From the NCBI GenBank assembly GCA_002387565.1, contig DGJT01000018.1:17767-81766 (forward strand): DNA of 64,000 nt, read 5' to 3'. This DNA is from Akkermansiaceae bacterium UBA4589 (lineage in GTDB: Bacteria; Verrucomicrobiota; Verrucomicrobiia; Verrucomicrobiales; Akkermansiaceae). The position numbers and the translations under genes were made by a program. Of this stretch, positions 37,051 through 45,288 are shown in pieces. Below the pieces are notes generated by a model, which made no database searches, was not told where the DNA came from, and saw only the letters and a program-made list of their open reading frames with translations. Positions within the stretch are counted from its first letter, which is position 1. Each line of letters begins with the position of its first letter.

Positions 37051-37776
37051 ATGAGTTCTTCAAAACAAACATCAGAAACACCTAAGCATCAAGTGACGCT
37101 AGCTGCATTGCGTGAAGTTGAGGCATCAGCAGAGCCGCAACCAGTGAGAAGCTATCAAGTACTTATTTTAATGATTATTGCTATTCTTGCAGGTGTAACC
37201 TTGGCTTCAGTTAAAGGTTTATTTAACTACAATCTCAAGGCAGATCCTGCTTATGTGCGTGCTGTAGCTCCAGGAGCTGTAGATCAAGGAGTTCAAACCA
37301 TAGATGCTTTAGCAGGTTATATGAAGCATGGTGCTAAGATTTATTCTGCCAAGTGTGGTGGTTGTCACCAGGCTAACGGATTAGGTGATGGAGCCAATTA
37401 CCCACCACTAGCTAATTCAGAGTGGGTGATAGGTGAGCCACGCCTAACTGCAATGATTATCCTTAATGGTGTTAAAGGCCCTATTGAGGTGGACGGTAAA
37501 CTTTGGAATGGTCAAATGCCAGCTCAAGCCGCAGGCTTAAGTGATAAAGATTTAGCTGGTTTGATGACTTATCTGAGAAATAGTTTTGGTAATGAGACAG
37601 GAGATGTTATCAGCATCGCTATGGCTAATGACGCCAAGACGATTTCTGAGGGTAGAGTGAATATCGGTCAACAATTAACCCAAGAAGAATTGCTCGCAGA
37701 GCACAATATACCGTTACAAGGAGAGCCTTTACCTGCAGACCTTGAAGTAGAGAAAAAATCTTTATTACCCCTTTAA
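37051..37776 (+). CDS. Membrane-anchored class I monohaem cytochrome c
   Basis: TM anchor, CGGCHQANG, PPLANSEW and a GQMPAQ candidate Met ligand. Confidence 0.75.
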   Translation: MSSSKQTSETPKHQVTLAALREVEASAEPQPVRSYQVLILMIIAILAGVTLASVKGLFNYNLKADPAYVRAVAPGAVDQGVQTIDALAGYMKHGAKIYSAKCGGCHQANGLGDGANYPPLANSEWVIGEPRLTAMIILNGVKGPIEVDGKLWNGQMPAQAAGLSDKDLAGLMTYLRNSFGNETGDVISIAMANDAKTISEGRVNIGQQLTQEELLAEHNIPLQGEPLPADLEVEKKSLLPL

Positions 37777-37800
37777 TTTTTTAATTTTAAATTTATATTT

Positions 37801-39648
37801 ATGAGTGACCATAGCGATCATCACGAGGAAAGTTTCATCAGAAAGTATATATTTTCTGTAGACCATAAAACCATCGGTATTCAGTACGCCCTTGGAGCAA
37901 TGATATTTTTGCTCTTTGGATTCTATTTAATGATGGTTATGCGTTGGAGTATAGCCTACCCACAAGAGCCACTTCCAGAATGGATGACTTGGATTTTTGG
38001 TGGTGCTGACTGGAGAGCTTCTTGGTTGCAAGCAGGTAAGCTTACTGGGGAGACTTACAATATGTTTGGTGCTATGCACGGAACGATCATGGTTTTCTTG
38101 GGTGTGGTTCCTCTTGGATTTGGTGCCTTTGGTAACTATGTAACACCTTTACAAATTGGTGCTCCTGATATGGCTTTTCCTCGTTTGAATATGGCGAGTT
38201 TTTGGTTGTACCTTGCTGGTGGTTTAGTCATGTGTTTAGGTTTCTTCGAGTGGTTTTCAGACACAGGTGTAGCTAAGTCTGGTTGGACGAATTACCCTCC
38301 TTTAGCTAACTTTGCTGATCTAGAAGCAGCTAACCAATGGCGTTCAGGTCAGACACAATGGCTTTTAGGTCTTGTGCTCTTGATTACATCATCTCTTTTA
38401 GGCTCAGTAAACGTGATCACGACTGTGGTCAATTTACGTGCCAAAGGCTTAACTTGGATGAAACTTCCATTTTTAGTATGGGCTATGCTCGTAACTGCTT
38501 TCTTATTACTGCTTGCTTTCCCTCCATTGGAAGTGGCAGGCATTATGCAACTTGTAGATAGAACAACAGGTTCATCTCTCTTTAGCCCATCAGGTTTATA
38601 CACTAAAACATTAGGTTTAGTAGATGTTGCGGGTGGTGGTAGTCCATTACTCTTCCAACACTTGTTCTGGTTCTTAGGTCACCCAGAAGTGTACGTACTT
38701 CTTTTGCCAGCTATTGCTTGTGTTGCTGAGATTATTCCAGCTAATACACAAAAGCCTCTCTGGGGTTATAGATCAATGGTAGGTGCTGTTATTGTATTAG
38801 GTTTTCTTTCATTCATTGTATGGGCTCACCACATGTACTTAACAGGTATGGGGCCAGCTGTGTCAGCTTTCTTCCAAACGACAACGGTACTTATTTCGAT
38901 TCCGTCCGTGATTTTAATATCGGCACTTCTCATATCATTATGGGGTGGTTCTATTAGATTTACACCACCGATGATGTGGGCAACAGCCTTCTTACCGATG
39001 TTTGGTATTGGTGGTTTGACAGGTTTGCCATTGGCTTTCAACTTTGCTGATTTACAACTTCATGATACTTACTATGTGATTGGTCACTTCCACTATGTGG
39101 TGGCTCCTGGTATTCTTTTTGGTCTGTTTGGTGGTATTCATCATTGGTATCCAAAGATTACAGGACGTTACATGAGCAAGTTCTTGAACCATTTACACTT
39201 TTGGCCATCACTCATCTTTATTAACTGTTTATTCTTCCCTATGTTAATTCAAGGTTTAGCTGGTTTCCACCGTCGTTGGTATAATGGTGGTGAGGCTTAT
39301 TTGCCTACCTCTGATGATAGTGAGAATGTTTTTGCTAACTTAGTTGCTAACTTTATTGAGCTTAATGAGTTCATGTCAATTTCAGCTTGGTTATTAGGGA
39401 TTGCTCAAATTCCATTTATCATCAATGTATTTCTCTCTATCTGGAAGGGCAAGAAAGTTGAAAATGATAACCCATGGGATTGTACCACACTTGAATGGGC
39501 AACACCAACGCCTCCAGGGCATGGTAACTTTACCTTTGAGCCTACTATTTATCGTGAGCCTTATCAGTATGAACCTACTGACGAGGGGAATATTGCACTC
39601 GTTCAATGGGAAAAAGACGAAGAAACTCCCGAAGATTCAAAAGCTTAA
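37801..39648 (+). CDS. ctaD: Cytochrome c oxidase subunit I, A-type
   Basis: All ligand motifs are intact: FGAMHGTIMVF, FWFLGHPEVYVLLLP (His, the A1-type Glu, cross-link Tyr), WAHHMY and HDTYYVIGHFHYV. Confidence 0.95.
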   Translation: MSDHSDHHEESFIRKYIFSVDHKTIGIQYALGAMIFLLFGFYLMMVMRWSIAYPQEPLPEWMTWIFGGADWRASWLQAGKLTGETYNMFGAMHGTIMVFLGVVPLGFGAFGNYVTPLQIGAPDMAFPRLNMASFWLYLAGGLVMCLGFFEWFSDTGVAKSGWTNYPPLANFADLEAANQWRSGQTQWLLGLVLLITSSLLGSVNVITTVVNLRAKGLTWMKLPFLVWAMLVTAFLLLLAFPPLEVAGIMQLVDRTTGSSLFSPSGLYTKTLGLVDVAGGGSPLLFQHLFWFLGHPEVYVLLLPAIACVAEIIPANTQKPLWGYRSMVGAVIVLGFLSFIVWAHHMYLTGMGPAVSAFFQTTTVLISIPSVILISALLISLWGGSIRFTPPMMWATAFLPMFGIGGLTGLPLAFNFADLQLHDTYYVIGHFHYVVAPGILFGLFGGIHHWYPKITGRYMSKFLNHLHFWPSLIFINCLFFPMLIQGLAGFHRRWYNGGEAYLPTSDDSENVFANLVANFIELNEFMSISAWLLGIAQIPFIINVFLSIWKGKKVENDNPWDCTTLEWATPTPPGHGNFTFEPTIYREPYQYEPTDEGNIALVQWEKDEETPEDSKA

Positions 39649-39682
39649 GCCTGATTTAACCACTTTGTATTAAAAGATTATT

Positions 39683-41293
39683 ATGGAAATACCTTATTTA
39701 GTCGAAGCACGTAAAGATACGGGCTTGTTCAACTCTAAAATTGCTATCTGGCTCTTTTTAGCCTCAGAGGTGATGCTCTTTGGTGGCTTATTCTCTAGTT
39801 ATATTTTCTTGAGAATTTATGCCGACTACCCATGGCCAGAACGTTCATTACCTATTCTTCCAGGTTACATTAACACTTTTGTACTTATTGGGTCATCGAT
39901 TACAGTCGTATTTGCTTGGGCAGCCTTAAAACTACGCAAGTATGGTTGGTTCCAATTATGGATTGGTATTACTATTGCTTGTGCAGCTCTATTTATGGCT
40001 CTCAAAGGTATAGAGTATAATGTGAAATTTAATCACCAAGCTGCGCAACATTTAGATGGTACTATCGTAGAAGGTCACTTGAGCTATGCTAAGCTCAAGG
40101 ATGGCATTGTGAAGTACCCTGAGCACAAGAAAGCCAAAGCAGGGCATGGGGATAGTCATGACAGCCATGATAAGGCTAAAGACTCTCATGCGGCTCCTAG
40201 TGGCTACGAAAAAATCCCAGCTAATGTGATTAACTTTTCTACGAATGAGCTTAGTATTAACCTTAAAACTTACGTAGAGAACAAAAAGAGAATTAAATTC
40301 CTCAATGATCAAGCAGCAGAACAGAAGCAAGAATTAGTTTCTGTTGAAACAGGTGAGCCGCTCACGCTTGAGTTATTGGATAAAGCAAGAAAAGACTACC
40401 GTGCTAATTTTGCTCATAATGAAGATTTGCAAGCTAAGTGGTTGCGCGAGGCATGGGACAAAGCACGCGAGAAAGATAGCGAAAGCCCTAATTGGAAATT
40501 AGCTAGAACTCTCAAAGTAGAGCCAAATCCAGCTGACCCTGAGCTAAAAACTGTAGTCAACACCCTCAAGTTCAAAACTAAAAGTGGTGATCCAGTAGTC
40601 TTTCGCTTTAAGCCTACAGAGGTCAGAGAATACCCAGAGTCAGCTATCCTTAAGGGTGGTGTCGCTCTTAGTGGTAAGCTACTTAGAAGTCCGCTCATCC
40701 TTCATGTTGATGGTTTAGACTTTAGAGCACTTGCTACTGCTGCTGAGGCACTAGGCAAAGAGCCAATGGAAGAAATTGAGAAAAGCTGGATTATTCAAAA
40801 TAACCCAGATATTGCCAAAATCTGGCATGCTCACCTCAAAGACATCGAGAAGCTTACCAAGCATTTAGAAGAGAGAGGCCAAGAGCCTAACGAGGTTGAT
40901 TTATACCGCCTCAACTGGAAAGAAATCGTGGCTTACCTCGAGGGAACTTCCCCTAATGATATTAAAGACAGCCTTGTAGAAAAATTCAAAGGCCCAGATT
41001 ATTACAAGCGTCATTTCCCAGAAGTCACACTCGAGCGTAATCAGATTCATTTTGAGTCTAAATTCACTCCACGTTGGAATAACTTCTATGCGATTTATTT
41101 CATCATTACAGGTTTACATGGCTTGCACGTGATTGGTGGCGCGATTGTACTCTTCTATTTTGGCTTTAGAAGTAGAAAAATGTACGAATCGAATCCAACA
41201 TGGCTGACAAACCGTGTAGAGGTGGCTGGTTTATTCTGGCACTTTGTTGATTTGGTCTGGATTTTCTTATTCCCAGTACTTTACCTCATGTAA
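39683..41293 (+). CDS. ctaE: Cytochrome c oxidase subunit III with ~350-aa hydrophilic insertion
   Basis: The N-terminal part ([33 protein letters not shown]) and the C-terminal part ([37 protein letters not shown]) are canonical. They are separated by residues ~115-465. Confidence 0.85.
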   Translation: MEIPYLVEARKDTGLFNSKIAIWLFLASEVMLFGGLFSSYIFLRIYADYPWPERSLPILPGYINTFVLIGSSITVVFAWAALKLRKYGWFQLWIGITIACAALFMALKGIEYNVKFNHQAAQHLDGTIVEGHLSYAKLKDGIVKYPEHKKAKAGHGDSHDSHDKAKDSHAAPSGYEKIPANVINFSTNELSINLKTYVENKKRIKFLNDQAAEQKQELVSVETGEPLTLELLDKARKDYRANFAHNEDLQAKWLREAWDKAREKDSESPNWKLARTLKVEPNPADPELKTVVNTLKFKTKSGDPVVFRFKPTEVREYPESAILKGGVALSGKLLRSPLILHVDGLDFRALATAAEALGKEPMEEIEKSWIIQNNPDIAKIWHAHLKDIEKLTKHLEERGQEPNEVDLYRLNWKEIVAYLEGTSPNDIKDSLVEKFKGPDYYKRHFPEVTLERNQIHFESKFTPRWNNFYAIYFIITGLHGLHVIGGAIVLFYFGFRSRKMYESNPTWLTNRVEVAGLFWHFVDLVWIFLFPVLYLM

Positions 41294-41335
41294 TTTTTTT
41301 TTAACTTTTCTATTCACACTTAAATTTTATTTATT

Positions 41336-41677
41336 ATGGCAGGAGATTCTCCACAAGAAATCATGAAAGCAGTTAAGTTTTACTGCATTATTGGAGCATG
41401 TTTATTTGGCTGTACAGTATTAACTGTATCAGTAGCAACGGTTGAGTTTTTTGATAGAGGTGCCCGTGGTTTTGATACCTTTGATATGGTATTAGGTCTA
41501 CTGATTGCGACTTGCAAAGCAACGTTAGTAGCCGCTATCTTTATGCACCTTAATCACGAGAAAAAAATGATTCATTGGATCTTTTTTGGCTCGCTCGTGA
41601 TGGCTCTTATCGGCTTTCTTATTTTCTATCTCGCTTTCTGGGACCCTATTAGTTTCGAAGGTTTTTACCTTGGTTAA
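41336..41677 (+). CDS. ctaF: Prokaryotic cytochrome oxidase subunit IV family protein
   Basis: 113 aa, 3 TM helices, with the COX4_pro-like motif LVAAIFMHLNHEKK. Confidence 0.7.
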   Translation: MAGDSPQEIMKAVKFYCIIGACLFGCTVLTVSVATVEFFDRGARGFDTFDMVLGLLIATCKATLVAAIFMHLNHEKKMIHWIFFGSLVMALIGFLIFYLAFWDPISFEGFYLG

Positions 41678-41694
41678 TTTCACTTATAAACATC

Positions 41695-41886
41695 ATGTCG
41701 CTCAAAGAATTTCATCTTATTTTTATCAGTATCGTTAGTTTGCTTTTTTTAGGGCTGACTATTTATGCTGTCTTCAATGAATTTCACATAGTAGCGACAG
41801 CTTTCTTTGCGCTTTTAACGTTAGTCACACCATACTACGGCTGGAAATTCCGTAGTAAAATTCAAAAAATTGAATCACAATTCTAA
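41695..41886 (+). CDS. Small two-TM membrane protein, function unknown
   Basis: 63 aa, hydrophobic, tightly packed within the oxidase operon. Confidence 0.4.
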   Translation: MSLKEFHLIFISIVSLLFLGLTIYAVFNEFHIVATAFFALLTLVTPYYGWKFRSKIQKIESQF

Positions 41887-41890
41887 AATT

Positions 41891-42070
41891 ATGTTATCAT
41901 CATTAATAGCTTGTAGTGTCTGTATTGGAAGAGGTCCTGATCAACAGGATTCTATTGCTATGGGTTGGGCAATTTTGTTTATGATTGTGCTCACCTTACC
42001 TCTTTTAAGCTCCATTGTTTTCTTCATGGTGCGCATGGCTCGTAATGCCAAATTACATGAGCAAAACTAA
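41891..42070 (+). CDS. Small membrane protein with N-terminal CxxC, function unknown
   Basis: Start chosen at ATG 41891, just after the previous stop. The sequence reads MLSSLIACSVCIGRG followed by one TM helix. Confidence 0.35.
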   Translation: MLSSLIACSVCIGRGPDQQDSIAMGWAILFMIVLTLPLLSSIVFFMVRMARNAKLHEQN

Positions 42071-42100
42071 TTTTATTACACCACTCTTTTTTCATCAATT

Positions 42101-42832
42101 ATGAACATCAAAGAACTCTTTACTTTCTCTGAAAACTACTCTGAACATGGTTTCCAACTAGACCAGTTTATCAACTTTGTTCAGTATTTCATGATCGCTC
42201 TTTTTATAGGTTGGTCAATTTTCTTCTTTGTCTGTCTCTTTAGATTCTGGCACAAGAAAAACCCTAAATCTAACAAAGGTGTTCAAGGCCATGCTTCTTA
42301 CCATGTTGAAATTGGTGTGATTATTATTGAGGCGATTCTCTTACTTGCGTTTGCGTTCCCTCTTTGGAAAGAGCGCTCAGACAGCTTTGAAAAAGTGATG
42401 CTCAGCAAACCAGAACGTGTACGTGTGGTAGGTTGGCAGTTTGGTTGGACTTATCACTACCCTGGTAAAGACGGACTCTTTGGTCGTATTGATGCTCGCC
42501 AAATCAGTGGTTCTAATGAACTAGGTATCGACAAGAACGATCCGAATGGTGCTGATGATTTTACTGCAGCAATCCTTAAAATCCCAGTAGGTATCCCAGC
42601 TATTTTACAAGTCACCTCTAAAGACGTGATTCATAACTACGCCATCATCCCAATGCGTATCCAACAAGACGCCCTCCCAGGCAAAGACATTCCCATGTGG
42701 TTCACACCTATTAAAACCATGGAAACCTACGTCGTTTGTGGTCAGCTCTGTGGTGAAGGTCATGCGAACATGGTGGGGACTATGGAGGTGATAGAAGAAG
42801 AGGAGTATCGTGAATGGTACGCCGCTCAGTAA
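42101..42832 (+). CDS. ctaC: Cytochrome c oxidase subunit II (CuA only, no fused cytochrome c domain)
   Basis: Two TM helices and a cupredoxin domain with VIHNY...CGQLCGEGHANM as the CuA motif. Confidence 0.85.
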   Translation: MNIKELFTFSENYSEHGFQLDQFINFVQYFMIALFIGWSIFFFVCLFRFWHKKNPKSNKGVQGHASYHVEIGVIIIEAILLLAFAFPLWKERSDSFEKVMLSKPERVRVVGWQFGWTYHYPGKDGLFGRIDARQISGSNELGIDKNDPNGADDFTAAILKIPVGIPAILQVTSKDVIHNYAIIPMRIQQDALPGKDIPMWFTPIKTMETYVVCGQLCGEGHANMVGTMEVIEEEEYREWYAAQ

Positions 42833-42840
42833 TTAGAAGG

Positions 42841-42946
42841 CTCTTTTGGCGATTAAGCGATTTGTCTCAGTCTGTCGCAGTGCTCGAGTAACTCTATTTA
42901 CACTGTGCTCTGCGGTTCTTCAACAAACCGCTTACTCATCCAAAAC
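42841..42946. repeat. Palindromic intergenic element, copy A (type 1)
   Basis: About 106 nt, begins 9 nt after the ctaC stop, with termini CTCTTTTGGCGAT...CTCATCCAAAAC. It is highly similar to copy C. Confidence 0.8.
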
Positions 42947-42947
42947 C

Positions 42948-42975
42948 GTCAATCAATGAAGATTCATTGATTGAC
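42948..42975. repeat. Perfect 13-bp inverted repeat hairpin
   Basis: GTCAATCAATGAA-GA-TTCATTGATTGAC, immediately after repeat copy A. Confidence 0.7.
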
Positions 42976-43006
42976 TTAGCACTTCTAATAAAAGTGATAG
43001 TTTTTG

Positions 43007-43054
43007 CTACACTGCGCAGCATGTTTTCATTCAGCGGCTATTCTCATCAAAAAT
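43007..43054. repeat. Half copy (right arm, type 2) of the palindromic element
   Basis: CTACACTGCGCAGCATGTTTTCATTCAGCGGCTATTCTCATCAAAAAT closely matches the right arm of copy B (45160-45207). A further orphan terminus TCATCCAAAAT lies at 43085-43095. Confidence 0.65.
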
Positions 43055-43253
43055 CCCACGCTTAATTTACGATTTTAAGCTTAGTCATCCAAAATATGGA
43101 ATGATTTGTGTGGGGAAATATAAAGACCAAGCTTAATAAGTTTTACTCCTTTGCGGCTTGGCGTGAGCTTTAATTGGGGTGGTGCTGACCTAAAATATAA
43201 AAAGCCTTGGATTTCTGGGGATTCGTGGCTAATGTCTTGGCTCTGCAAATTTC

Positions 43254-45095
43254 ATGAGAAATGAAGCAGAAGTAGGGGTGCTTATGATGTTTAAACAAGA
43301 GATTAAGTCAGCTGGTTCGCTCGCTAACTTTTTGCGAGTTCGTTTTACCGATAGTCAGCGCTTTATGTTACTCTGCTTGATTGTAGGGCTGAGCTGTGGT
43401 TTGGCTGCGGTGGCGTTTCATTGGGTGATTCATTCGCTATTTGATGTGGTATGGCATACCGCTATTCAATCGTCTAAGCCGTTGTTTGTGCTCATCATGT
43501 TAGGAGCTCCCACCTTGGCAGGTTTATTAGTCGGTGTTGTGGTGCAAAAATGGGCACCTGATGCGGCAGGCAGTGGTATTCCTCAAACCAAGATTGCCTA
43601 CTATAATAAGGGTGGCAAAATCTCTATTTTTACAGGGCTGTGGCGTTTTATGCTCGGTGCGGTTTATGTGGGCTTAGGAAACAGTCTAGGTAGAGAAGGG
43701 CCTACAGTACATTTCTCTGCGGCTATTGCCTCACGTTTAGGGCGTTGGGCATTTCGTGATGCGTCACGTGTGCAATCCATGTTGCCTGTGGGTATGGCTG
43801 CAGGTATTGCGGCTGCCTTTAATGCCCCTATATCTGCGCTGACGTTCGTTTTTGAAGAATTGCTAGACAACTTCTCTATGAAGGCGTTGGGAGGCATGGT
43901 GGTTGCAGTAGTGATTGCAGCTGCTGCCTCACGTACTTTGTTAGGTGAAGACCCTGTGCTTAATACTCATCTCATCGGTGATTATACCACTTCAGGCTGG
44001 ATGTTTGTGGCTCTGCCATTAGGTTTATTAGCAGGTATCATTGGCTACGGGTTTACGAGATCTGTATTAGGCCTACGCCTTAAGTTCAAAGAATGGAAAT
44101 GCCCTAAATGGCTGAACCCTGCCATTGGTGGCTTAAGTTGTGGTTTGATAGGCTTATTGGCGTGGCAATTAACTGGTTATGTGGGCGAAGCGCAAAATTC
44201 AGTGTTTTCGATTGGCTATGAGAGCTTAGAACTCGCCTTCCAAAACAAACTCACCCTAACAGCGATTACTGTACTTTTAATCCTCAAAATGTTTGCGGTT
44301 GTGGTGACCTATGCGAGTGGGGGTTCAGGGGGCTTGTTTTCACCAACGCTCTATTTAGGAGGGATGTTGGGGGCTTTGGCTGGCTTGGTGCTGACTCAAG
44401 TACATCAGTTTTCTCCTTGGATTCCTAACTTCCCTGATACCGCTCAAGTGGTAGGAGGCTGCGTCTTATTGGGTATGGGAGCTATGTTCGCCTCAGTGGT
44501 TCGTTGCCCCTTTACTTCGTTAATTATTATTTTTGAACTTACGGGGAACTACTCACTCATTCTACCTCTTATGGCAGGTAATATGCTCGCTTACGGACTC
44601 TCACGTAGGCTGCAGCCTGTGAGTATGTATAATGCCTTGATTATGCAGGATGGTGTTAATTTGCGTAGCTTACCTGCCTATCAAGGAGTGCAGGATTATC
44701 GTAAGTTGCCGATTCAAGCCATTATGACTTATCAGCCTTATACCTTATTTGTCAAAGCGACGACAGGTGAGTCGCTCAAGATGATTAGAGAGACTAACCA
44801 TAGCTATCACGCTTACCCAGTGGTCGATGCTGATGATAAACTCTGTGGGGTTATTACCTTGCATGAGCTCAGAGAAAACTCAACAGAAACCACCATAGAA
44901 TCACTCATTCAAAATCAAGATCTCCTCGTCATTAATCAAAACAGCTCCATACACCAAGCCGCCAGAGCCATGGTCAGCAGGGATTACCAACAAGCCCCCA
45001 TAGTAGCTCCCAACGATGAACAAAAGCTTATTGGCTGGGTGACGATGAATGATATTGTACGTCAGCAAAACACTTTAGAGGCTGATGAGGCGTGA
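43254..45095 (+). CDS. ClC-family chloride channel/antiporter with C-terminal CBS pair
   Basis: Selectivity motifs GSGIPQ, GREGP and GGLFSP. The C-terminus carries two CBS-like domains. The true start is uncertain (alternative Met at 43287). Confidence 0.85.
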   Translation: MRNEAEVGVLMMFKQEIKSAGSLANFLRVRFTDSQRFMLLCLIVGLSCGLAAVAFHWVIHSLFDVVWHTAIQSSKPLFVLIMLGAPTLAGLLVGVVVQKWAPDAAGSGIPQTKIAYYNKGGKISIFTGLWRFMLGAVYVGLGNSLGREGPTVHFSAAIASRLGRWAFRDASRVQSMLPVGMAAGIAAAFNAPISALTFVFEELLDNFSMKALGGMVVAVVIAAAASRTLLGEDPVLNTHLIGDYTTSGWMFVALPLGLLAGIIGYGFTRSVLGLRLKFKEWKCPKWLNPAIGGLSCGLIGLLAWQLTGYVGEAQNSVFSIGYESLELAFQNKLTLTAITVLLILKMFAVVVTYASGGSGGLFSPTLYLGGMLGALAGLVLTQVHQFSPWIPNFPDTAQVVGGCVLLGMGAMFASVVRCPFTSLIIIFELTGNYSLILPLMAGNMLAYGLSRRLQPVSMYNALIMQDGVNLRSLPAYQGVQDYRKLPIQAIMTYQPYTLFVKATTGESLKMIRETNHSYHAYPVVDADDKLCGVITLHELRENSTETTIESLIQNQDLLVINQNSSIHQAARAMVSRDYQQAPIVAPNDEQKLIGWVTMNDIVRQQNTLEADEA

Positions 45096-45103
45096 TTAGG
45101 TTG

Positions 45104-45207
45104 CTCTTTTGGCGATAATAACCACTTCCTAAAACTGCCGTGGTGCTCATGAATCTTTTATTCACTGCGCGCCACGTTTTTATTCAGCGGCTATTCTCAT
45201 CCAAAAT
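45104..45207. repeat. Palindromic intergenic element, copy B (type 2)
   Basis: Begins 9 nt after the ClC stop and has the same termini as copies A and C. The arm sequences differ from A/C but stay mutually complementary. Confidence 0.8.
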
Positions 45208-45288
45208 AACTAACCTAGGTTATAAGTAGTATATAGTATATTCGGGCAGAGTTTCTATTACTTCATCTGCTTTATTCAGAGGATAAAT

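Noticed and set aside
43060-43253. Possible fluoride (crcB-motif) riboswitch upstream of the ClC gene
   Set aside because: ClC-F genes are often riboswitch-controlled. I could not find the conserved GGCGATG...AACCGCC...CTGATGA...CCTAC elements here. This ClC also carries a CBS pair and GSGIPQ/GREGP chloride-type motifs, not the short ClC-F architecture.
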